Source: Selaginella moellendorffii (lineage: Eukaryota; Plantae; Lycopodiophyta). Taken from it: a stretch of 64,000 nucleotides of DNA. The notes under the pieces were generated by a model. That model had not been told where the DNA came from. It was given only the letters and a program-made list of their open reading frames with translations, and did not search any database. This document shows, piece after piece, positions 12,491-22,062 of this stretch (position 1 is its first letter; each line of letters starts with the position of its first letter). Where the stretch lies: positions 456,463 to 520,462 of the forward strand of contig NW_003314266.1 in NCBI RefSeq assembly GCF_000143415.4. The letters run 5' to 3'. The position numbers and the translations under genes were made by a program.

Positions 12491-12693
12491 AGACACACCC
12501 AGTTTGTAACTTCGCCGCCAACTCCGCCGCCCACTCCACCACCCACACGCAGCCCACTTGGCGTCCCGGGAGATTTCAGCACCACTCTCCAACNNNNNNN
12601 NNNNNNNNNNNNNNNNNNNNNNNNNNNNNNNNNNNNNNNNNNNNNNNNNNNNNNNNNNNNNNNNNNNNNNNNNNNNNNNNNNNNNNNNNNNNN

Positions 12694-15600
12694 TTAGGAT
12701 GCAGCCTCAAGACATCTGATGCAGTGGTGAATGGCGTGTGGCCTCACGTTATTTCCAGCTGCTAGCTTTTCATCTGTCAGCTCTAATTGTTGTGCATTTT
12801 TGAACAGGCGAGGAATTGCGTTCTTCTTCCAGCCACTGTCAATGTGGATGCAGAGAAGGGGGAGGAGCTCACCAGTTGGACTTTCGGGATGGAAGGCGAG
12901 GATCTGATGCTGTACAACACAGATGGTGGGAGAAAAGAATGCATGGGGATCCTCATCCAAGTGACAGACACTCCATGCAGTTCCATGCAAGAATATGGAC
13001 TGGCACTTGTGGTAGAGACAGCGTCCGCCTTCAAGATCCACCTTGCACATCCTAGCGGCTTCCCGGAGGGGGGCAGCGGCTATGAGGAATTCCTAGAGGG
13101 AGCTAGGGAGAGGTTGTCCAGGAGGCCCACAATTTCAAAGACGCTGCGGGTCTATGAAGATCACATGGAATCCACGGACCTCACCTACGGCGATGTTCAA
13201 AAACTATATTCCAACATTGAGCCGTTGAGAGTGCCTCCAGTTTGCGAAGCGAAGGGGAAGGGGGTCGATCTGGAAACTACCCCGAAGCAGAAAAGGGTGG
13301 TCAAGCTCAAGCCGACGTCCGACTCTGCTGCTCCAAAAAAGAAGCTACTCGGTGATGCCATTGCCTCGGGTTCGAACACTACACCCACCAAAAAGAAGAG
13401 CCGCAAAGAGCAGAAAGAGCAAGAAGAGGCAGCAAAAATCGTCGCAGATAATAGTACTTGTTACTATTCCAACAAAGTATTACAATCGACGTGAGCCGTA
13501 TCGAGATCCAAAGCAAATACAACCACAGGCTAGTATCTGATGAGTGGGTGGAGAAACTGAAGCAGAAGATGCTGGCAAGTCCAGTAACACCCGACATCGC
13601 AGACGTGATCCCCTACTACCGAACAATGAAGGGCGAGACGAGGTTTCCAGACTTGATCAATAGGAAGGTGTTGGACGATCAGAACATCCGGTTCTATGCC
13701 GTCTCCGGGCAGCATTCTAGCTTGGCGATGCAACAGATAGTTGTGGATATTATGGTGGGCGAGGAGGTGAAGAAAGTCTTCAAGACAAGAGTTGTCCGCC
13801 TGATAAAAGGCAACTCGCCCCTCCGATCTATCATATACATCTCCCACGCGCAGAATGTCAAGCAAGAAACGTGCTACAAATCGGGTCTGCACGAGACATT
13901 GGCACGAACACGGAAGCTCTGGGTTCAACTGAAGAAGCCACAAAAACCAGGACAAGGACGTGCACTAGCAACTAGCGCCTGGCAGGTAAGCCTCATTGCA
14001 TGTGGCATAGCATGTGGCCTCACGCCATTTCCATTGCAGGAATTCTCGAGTCTTCTCTCGAAAACACTGGGGGTCAATGACACACTCAGCATCCATAACA
14101 TTCTACTCGCGACAAAAGTTGTTTTTGACAAATGGGTAGATGTGCTAAGGAGGTACCATGACGGGGAGTTGCTAAACTCAATGGGTGTGGAGGACGGCCG
14201 GAAGCCCAATGATTTGAAGCTCAACGCCTTGCGTTTCTCGCGGTCTCTAGACGACGACGACCTTCTGACAGTGGCTAATGCTCTTCTACTTGGTGAGGTA
14301 GTCTTCAACAAGACCAAAATGACTCCCGGCCATATTGTGACATACGAGGACTTGTGCACGACTCTGAGAGCTCGTGCGCTATTGAAGGATTGGATCTTCG
14401 AGCAAGTGGCCGTGGCGAGGGTGAGCATCGACACCACGCAAGAGATGATGGAAGAGCTGGACTTGTCAAATGAAGACATCGACGAGTACGTGAAGGGGGC
14501 CCCCAAGTTCATCGATCTGCTGCGGGATGCCACGAAAAGTAAAGCTGAGAAGTTGGATCAGTATCCAAATTTCATTAAGAGGGATGTCGACCGCCGGCTT
14601 CAGAAACAGCTCGACCCCGCAGCAGAGGCCTATCGAGAACCTTACCGGGTATACGTGAATTCGGATGAGGATCAAAGGTGGAGGAGCATCGTTTCCCGCG
14701 GAGATGAACAGGTCAAGAACATCTTTTGTGTGATGGACTTCACAAACGAGGAGATCACTCATGCAGACGAAGTCAGCTCCATCATTGACTTAATGGTGGG
14801 ACTTGCGGAGGTGGAATCTTCAGTCCACTATATGATCTACGACTCCGAATCCTATCACAAGTTCTGGAAGGCCTTGAACGAGGTGAAGGCTCGGTTGAAA
14901 GGCAAGGAGATGCGGGAGATCCATGGGATAATGGCTAAGAAGAAGATACCGACGAATGTCCGCATCTTCACAGTCGCCCTTGTTATTGGTCCTGCAGCAG
15001 AGTGGGACTGGAGTGACTTCCCAGCTTCGTTCAACAAAGCTGATCGAATTGATCTGAGGGAGGTCAATTTACCCGTGCCTGAGGAACTGAAGACGGCTAT
15101 GGAGCTTTCGAATCCAAAGAAAGCTCCAGGTGCAGCATGGGAAATGCTCAGCTGGGTCTTCAACGCAATAGCGGGTGACTCCAAGGGCAAATGCGTTGTC
15201 GAGTACAACTGCGGCGGAATATTCTTTCGAGCCGCACTACTCAAGGGTGTCCCGTGTGTTGCGGTGACAAACTCCATTGAAGAGGTGACTTCAATGGAGC
15301 ATATAATTACAGTTGCCAAAGAAAAACAGTATCTTCTCTACGAACCTGGTGAGTACGCACTTTAAGTTTAAATGTTATCTCACAAGCTCTGTATGCAGGA
15401 GCGTGGCCACCCCCAGATGCTGAAACGGCGTTAACAGCTACTGATGTTAGGCCGAGGTCACAACCTGCACAAGGTAAGGTCACGTGAGGCCTCACGCCAT
15501 TTTGATTATAGATCGTTGTGAATATTCAGACACGAGGACTGAAAAGCGCACTGGTGGCGCGTCGAAGAAGGACAAACAGACAAGCAATAGGAAAAAAGGA

Positions 15601-18140
15601 GGTACAAATTATATTTGCAATGGCGTGTGGTCTCATGCCATTCCTTGCAGGAGACACTTCTTCAAAGGCAAAACAGGCAAGCACCAGCCAAGCTCAAACT
15701 GACAGTGGTCATAAAAAGCGAAAGCACGTTGGACAGTCGTCGGGATCAGAGGCGTTTGATTCGAAAAGGAAGAAGGGCAACGAAAAGATGATAGGTAATG
15801 CCTCGCGGTTATGGCGTGTGTGCTCATGCCATTCATTGCAGATCAAGGGCTGAGTGAAAGGAGCCAGTCACCACCTTCTGACTCAGATTCCTATGGCGGA
15901 CTCCCCTTCCCCAATCTCAATGGAGAGGTACAATGGATGAGGGATGCTTTTCAAGTCAGGGCCACGTTTTTCTCATCTCGTCGTCTTCGAAGGGTGCAAG
16001 AACGTGCAGAAACCATGTTAAGACAGTCGGGTGAGGATACAGTCCTAGGTCACGCACTAAAACAGGCTATGGATGTCTTGTATTTTGAGATGGAGACTCG
16101 GCCAGATGATTTTTCCAAGATGGTCCTGGAAAAACAAGCAATCCAGCCTGAGCAGCCTATGGAAGAAATGCAAGAGGGGGATGAGGAGCCAGAGAAAGAT
16201 AATGAGCAGGAAGAGCAGAAGGACGAAGAGGAGGACGAAGAAGAGGAGGACAAAGAGGACTTGGATGGTCCTCACAATGGTGACGATCACAATAACGACG
16301 ATGACGATGATGACGATGATGGCCAGCCTGAGGTGGCCAAAGAGCAGCGGAGGAAGGTCATACAAGACAAACCATCAGGTAAATAATAGTACATCCATTC
16401 CTAACCTTTTACCATTTCTAACATTGTCCATGTAGGTCGCAGAAGAAATGGTAAGTAGAGATTATTCAGTTGAATTAAGATACAAACTCTAGCCTTTAGT
16501 GTCGAGGAAGGATAGTGCCAAGCAAGGGTCGAAACGTATGTCCAATCCTTCAGAATCAGCAGTGCGCCCAAGTGATATCGGTCCTAGTTCCTCAATAGCA
16601 GTTGATGGTAAATACAGTATAGTCGATTCAATGTGCTAATGAGTTTGTTTTTAGTAGCACGGGAGGATACCATCTCAATCGAAGGGAGATATTTGGACAT
16701 GCATATGGATCCGCCAGTGGACTCTACTTGCCTGCAAGAGTCATCAGAGCTGGTGGAGGCTACTATCCATATCAACGCCAAGCAAGCTGACCACGCTCCA
16801 CTTGATGCTGCCCATACCACTGAGTCAATCTTATCCACGTATCCAACTGACGGTGACCAGGCGCCATTGGACCCGCATGAGGCCGCCCCAGCCGCCGAGC
16901 CAGTCGTATCCTCATTTCCAACGTGTGCCCAATCGTCTGACTACGCGCCGTTGGAACCTCCCTACACCGCCCCTGCTGCCTGTTCGGTCATGTCCACTTT
17001 GCCAACGGAGGCACCAGCTGAAATGGCGTGTGATCACACGCCATCGGAACCACCCCATGCCACTGTTGAGCCAGTTGTACCAGAGTCTACAGCTGAAATG
17101 GCATGTGCCCACACGCCATCGGATGCGATTGACCCCACATTGCAGAGGAGAGTATTTCCGCCCTTCACGTTTCCTCGACCAAAACCCTCTGAACGACCAT
17201 CGGGAGCACCATTCGCTAATATTGTAGATGGTAAAATTGACTTGTACCATGTTTTATGCTGACGCATTTCATTTCAGAGTCACGGCGAAAGTACTGTATC
17301 GTTTTTGATCTGAACGGTGTCCTTTTCTCCCATGAGCGTGGCTCGTCCTCGAATGTCACTGCACCCTCCAAAGCCTGCGGTCGCAAGTTGGTCAAAAGAG
17401 ACAGATTCACATTAATCACACGGGAGAAACTGCGGGATCTAATAATGACCATGCGACACTTAAAACAGAGGGCCGGGTTCAATTTGCAATTGGGAGTTTG
17501 GACATCCATGATGCGCCACAATGCATTAACGTTGCTACAGATGATGCACGATCAGACACGAGTAATATTACCATTTGACTTTCTCCTAACGCAGGAGGAT
17601 TGCTTGACTATGGTCCATGTGAGGGGTAGCAAGCCCATCTTCGTCAAGGCAGAGGCTGTAGTGATGAACCGGACTGCTAGCTCAAGTGAAATCCTCATCA
17701 TCGATGACTCGCCGATTAAAACTGCAGCGAACACGCACACATATGCAGTGCACCCCATCTCTTGCAGTATGGAAACTAGGGAGAAGAAACCGTATGTTCT
17801 GGGGGACCTTGCAAAACGGCTTGGAGCGATGGTGATAGAGAACCGGCCAGTCCAGGAGGTGGCTGCAGAAATCAACCAAATGGCAGATGGAACGGTATAT
17901 CAGAAGCCATTTGATTGGACAGACACCAGTCATCATTTATGGCATGTATATTGTCTAGCCAAGCACTATCCGCATCTCCATAATCTGCTCAACCGGATGG
18001 GTTCTTCGACCACTGAACATGAGCGTGGACGTATTAGAGAAGAGATGGCATTACTATTGGGTTTAAATCCTGATAGTGTGGAGAGTGATGAAATTCCAAG
18101 ATTATTGTATAGGCGTTGGAGGCAAAAAATAATAGTCTGA
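12694..18140 (+). CDS. Transposon passenger gene, >=11 exons, ~1,600 codons: ParB/Srx-like domain + degenerate N4/N6-MTase-like fold + acidic/Pro-rich linker + FCP1/NIF-like HAD phosphatase; one frameshift
   Basis: GT-AG introns at 12727-12807, 13986-14039, 15349-15398, 15474-15529, 15602-15650, 15795-15841, 16379-16435, 16451-16499, 16608-16654 and 17231-17277 join the separate ORFs in consistent phase. ParB-like: IDVSRI..NHRLVSDEWVEKL..FYAVSGQHSSLA..ISHAQN. MTase-like: PKKAP..KCVVEYNCGG..AALLKGVPCVAV. HAD: IVFDLNGVL, VWTS, ILIIDDSP. 1-nt shift near 13474. 5' end lies in or before the gap. Confidence 0.75.
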
Positions 18141-18547
18141 GATGGCATGTATTTATTTAAAAATGTAACTTATTATGGCATGGGGTTCCATGCCATTGTA
18201 TTAATATTAAAAGACAATTCTTTGAGAGGATTTGCATTATACTAGAAGTGTTACAGCATGTTATTGGAAGTCTACGAAGTTGTTTTATTAATAAGGGGAA
18301 AGTAAAGATTGAATGGGGACTTGGGCTCCACCTAGACTCGGAGCAACTGAGCCAATATTAAAAGGATGGAAAGAAATTGGACGACGATGACAAGGAGAAG
18401 AGAGAGGTGAAGCAGTGAGAAGTGATTGAGTAAACATTTCCTTGTTTAAAATAAAATGGCATGTGCCTCAATGCAGTTGAATTTTGTTATATTTATATAC
18501 TATATAAAGGTTTGGAAACCTTATTTTACAAGTGGGATAATGACAAT

Positions 18548-18571
18548 TCCCACTTTAACGAAATAGAGCTT
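18548..18571 (-). repeat. Right terminal inverted repeat (24 bp)
   Basis: TCCCACTTTAACGAAATAGAGCTT. Preceded by an inverted AAGTGGGA copy at 18530-18537. Confidence 0.95.
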
Positions 18572-20290
18572 TTAGGACCATTCCCTGACTCCACTTGAGT
18601 CATCCAGCATTTTAGACTTTGCTAATCCAATGACCTGCGAGGTCTTAGTCTTCGAGGTGTCAACTCGTTGGAATACAACTTCTTGTATTCAAGTCCTACT
18701 CACAAGGACCATCTTTGCAAGTGTTACTCTGACACTTGATTTGTTCTCTTGGGGCAACCTTTTGCCCCTTAGGACCACCTGTCCATGTGATGAGAATACC
18801 AACTCATCCTCTAAGTACACCCCCAACTCCTTGGGTTGTTCCAGCATTTATTAGAGGTAGCCCCGGCTACCACTTCAAGGACTCATATCCTCACCCTTGC
18901 TTGACCTCTCATGGTCATCCATTCCGGTTTCACCTTCATGAGCACCAGCCTCAACTATGTGAGGATAATCTTGTGACTCCTTTATTGTTTTGGAGTCTCT
19001 ATCTTTCCCGTGATCCCAACTATAGTTGTTTACCACAACTACCTTAGCCAATTTGCTGAGACAAATGCTCATCCGGATCACATCCTCAACTCAATGAGGA
19101 AAACCTTGCACTATTCCCAAGATCCCAAAGTCGTTCCATTATTGGCCCTTTTCTATCCACCACCTCGCCTACAAGTTCACACATGAACTGTAATGGAGAG
19201 CCATGCCTTCCCGACTTGCTACTCCTCAAGGATAGGCCCACTCCTCGGACCTTCCGATGCCAACACTAGTGGTGATATACTTGAGCACCAATAAAAGTCG
19301 GACTAAGGAACAGCTCCAATACCAAATTGTAAGCGACTAAATTTTCCATTCTACTTTAGTCACTTAACCACACCTCTGACCACTTGGAGGAGTCTCATTC
19401 ACAACCCCCATAAGTCCAATCCAGGACTTGGGACTTGCTAGCCCCGAGAATGGCATCCATGCCACTCAACATTTGCACTTGGTCCAAGTGCTCCACGTGT
19501 CTGATCCCATGACCGACACTCAAAGGTACCACCAACATGGCAGCCCGTTACGCTAAGGCCATGCCCAATCACCTTTGACACACTGGTAGTCCAATACCAC
19601 TTGCATCACAGTCTTGGCTCTCCAAGACTAGGCAAACCATCCGTGAGTGGTCATCTCATATCCACTCCTTAGCATCCTTAGGATGCCCACCAACAAGGGG
19701 AATAGCTTTCCCCAATATCCCTCTATCAGTCCCCACTAAGTCCCTTTCTGCCCTTGGCCGTGTTTGCCAACACTGCCACTGGATCGAGACCCACAGGCCC
19801 AACCACTAAGTCCCACGGTCCTCTGGGACTTCCTCACCACACGACTGTGTCCTTGGTCACTACCCCAGAGGACTGCTCCTCTTCCTTTCCACAATCTGGG
19901 CCTTTGGGACAACATTTCGGAACACCGTGGCCTTACGCAAGCCACCTGGGTACTCTCCTCACCTTCTGCCCTTGGGTGCTCTAGCCATGGGCTTAGAGCG
20001 GGGTTTCGTTGAGCCACCCGAGGTATCCAAGTAGGTAATGCCACCCACACTTGGACTGGGAGCATCGGCCAGTCGATCTCCCGGGGGAACTAGAGCCGGC
20101 TCTTGAACACTTCACCAAGCTACCCCGCTTGTCGGTCCGTATTCACTCCAGTCTTGGACTTCACAGTGGGCATCTCATCACCCAACACTGGATCCGGCCT
20201 TCCTGGGCCAAACTGGCCTTTCCTGGCCAAACTGGCTCCACTGCAGTCCTCCCCCTACTATACTTTTGGAGCTCACCAAACCCCCCAGGG
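18572..20290 (-). mobile_element. Decayed Gypsy gag/protease region
   Basis: Purine-rich on the - strand. Degenerate zinc knuckle (VGKHGQ) near 19760 and protease-like remnants at 19450-19620. Joins 3322 onward through the CTAA site. Confidence 0.5.
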
Positions 20291-20328
20291 TCTGGGAGAC
20301 AAACGCTTTGGGCTTTCACCCTCTTAGA

Positions 20329-20799
20329 CTCGAACTCGGACTCGGACTCGGACTCGGACACGGACTCGGACTCGGACTCGGACTCGGCCTCGGCCTCGGT
20401 CTCGGTCTCGGTCCCGATCTCGGTCTCGGTCTCGGTCTCGGTCCCGATCTCGGTCTCGGTCTCGACTTCGGACTCCATCTCGGGTCCATCTCGGACTCTA
20501 TCTCGGGTCCATCTCGGACTCCATCTCGGGTCCATCTCGGACTCCATCTCGGGTCCATCTCGGACTCCATCTCGGACTCCATCTCGGGTCCCATCTCGGG
20601 CTCCATCTCGGACTCCATCTCGGGTCCATCTCGGGTCCACCTCGGACTCCATCTCGGACTCCATCTCGGGTCCATCTCGGGTCCACCTCGGACTCCATCT
20701 CGGACTCCATCTCGGACTCCATCTCGGACTCCATATCGGACTCCATTTCGGGTCCATCTCGAACTCCATCTTGGACTCCACTTCGGGTCCATCTCGGAC
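20329..20799. repeat. 6/12-bp satellite (TCGGAC / TCGGACTCCATC / TCGGGTCCATC)
   Basis: Tandem array. Related arrays at 28897-29225 and 31400-31710, sharing flanking unique sequence. Confidence 0.92.
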
Positions 20800-21414
20800 A
20801 CTTCCACGTGTCATGTGTTGGTCCTTTCGGGTCCCTTTTTAGAGCCTCGCTTATGGCTCGCTTCGTGCTCATTCCTCGAGCACTTTGTTGGGAGTTCCAC
20901 TCCCGCTCTCGACCTTTCAAGTCGGAGCTTTTAGTCCAAACGTGTTACGCTCGTTTGGCTTTCGCTTCGGCCACTACCACGTGGCACCCTTCCAGCTCCA
21001 CTTTGGGGCCTAGGGATTTTGTGTCTCACACGGTGGCGGCAAAGGCGGAGGGAATAGTGGTAGTGGTGGTGGCAACGGTGGCGGTGGTGGTGGCGATGGC
21101 GGTGGTGGAGGAGGTGGTGGTGGTGGTGGTGGTGGTGATGGCGGTGGTGGAGGTGGTGATGGTGGAGGTGATAGGGGAGGAGGCAATGAATCTCTAAGTA
21201 AACATGTATCTATTGATGTGCTAATAGACATGTCAATTGTGATCTCGTCGCCAGTGCCAAATTGAACTTCTCGTGGCTTCTTGTCTCTAACAACCTTTTT
21301 ATGTGGTACAATTTTCCTTTTCTGCAAGAGAAAATTTTTTTTTAGTCAAACAAAATAAAGATAATAAGAAATTCAAACAATCAAAGAGAAAAAAAAAAAT
21401 CAAGTGGGCCTACA

Positions 21415-22062
21415 CTCAACCTCAGGCACTTTGGTTGCTTAGGGGGCCAAGGTTATTCAAATAAACTTGGCCCCCTAGGCAGCCAAAGTGTCTGAGGTGG
21501 CTGGCCCGGGCTCAACCTCGGGCACTTTGGCCATCTGAGGGGCCGACGTTATTCAAATAACCTCGGCCCTTTGGGCCACAAAACTACCTGAGGTGGCTGG
21601 CTTGCGCTCGGCCTCAGGCAATTTGGCTACCCGAGGGGCCGAGGTTATTCAAATAACCTCGGCACCAAATTGCCCAAGGTGGCTGGCCCACGCTCGACCT
21701 TGGGCAGTTTGGCCACCCAAGGGGCTGAGGTTATTCAAATAACCGCGGCCCCTTGGGCGACCAAATTGCCCGAGGTGGCCGGCCCACACTTGACCTTGGG
21801 CAGTTTGGCCACCCAAGGGGCAGAGGTTATTCAAATAACCTCGGCCCCTCGGGCAGCAAAACTGCCCGAGGTGGCCGGCCCACACTCGACCATAGGCAGT
21901 TTGGCCACCCGAGGGGCCGAGGTTATTCAAATAACCTCGGCCCCTCGGGTGACCAAACTGCCCAAGGTGGACGGTCCGCAGTTGACCTCTAGCAGTTTGG
22001 CCGCACGAGGCGAAACTACCCTAGGTGTCCGGCCCGAGCTCGGCCTCGGGCAGCTGGGCCAC
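21415..22062. repeat. 96-bp tandem array (~6.5 units) built from nested palindromes
   Basis: Core GGGGCCGAGGTTAT-TCAA-ATAACCTCGGCCCC at 21443, 21539, 21635, 21721, 21817 and 21913. Confidence 0.9.

Larger units (their letters stand above)
5725..18477. repeat. Dispersed 22-bp palindrome ATGGCRTG-NGNNCN-CAYGCCAT, about 25 copies
   Basis: Copy starts: 5725, 6041, 6130, ~6540 (half), 7953, 8010, 9856, 9926, 9962, ~10577, ~10613, 10685, 11549, 11628, 11787, 11922, 12731, 14007, 15479, 15620, 15811, 17023, 17098, 18175, 18456. Mirror copies at 789, 846, 2669, 2758, 3074. Confidence 0.93.
5499..18571 (-). mobile_element. ~13-kb Sola-like TIR DNA transposon carrying a transposase and a large multidomain passenger gene
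   Basis: 24-bp TIRs: AAGCTCTATTTCGTTAAAGTGGGA at 5499-5522 and its reverse complement at 18548-18571. 4-bp flanks TATT and TTAG. Intact transposase. The same 22-bp palindrome occurs on both sides of the N-gap (12594-12693). The two halves could come from different copies. Confidence 0.88.

Noticed and set aside
5499-18571. Classification as CACTA or Helitron
   Set aside because: The termini are AAGCT, not CACTA; TIRs and 4-bp TSDs are present; no Rep/helicase.
20051-20934. Long ORFs in all frames (also 28945-29176 and 31373-31773)
   Set aside because: Artefacts of stop-free 6/12-bp satellites.
21010-21327. Poly-proline ORF as an extensin/formin exon
   Set aside because: Mostly a GGT microsatellite; no supporting domain or neighbouring exons identified.
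21415-22062. CRISPR-like array of palindromic repeats
   Set aside because: The intervening sequences are homologous to each other rather than unique spacers; eukaryotic context, no cas genes.
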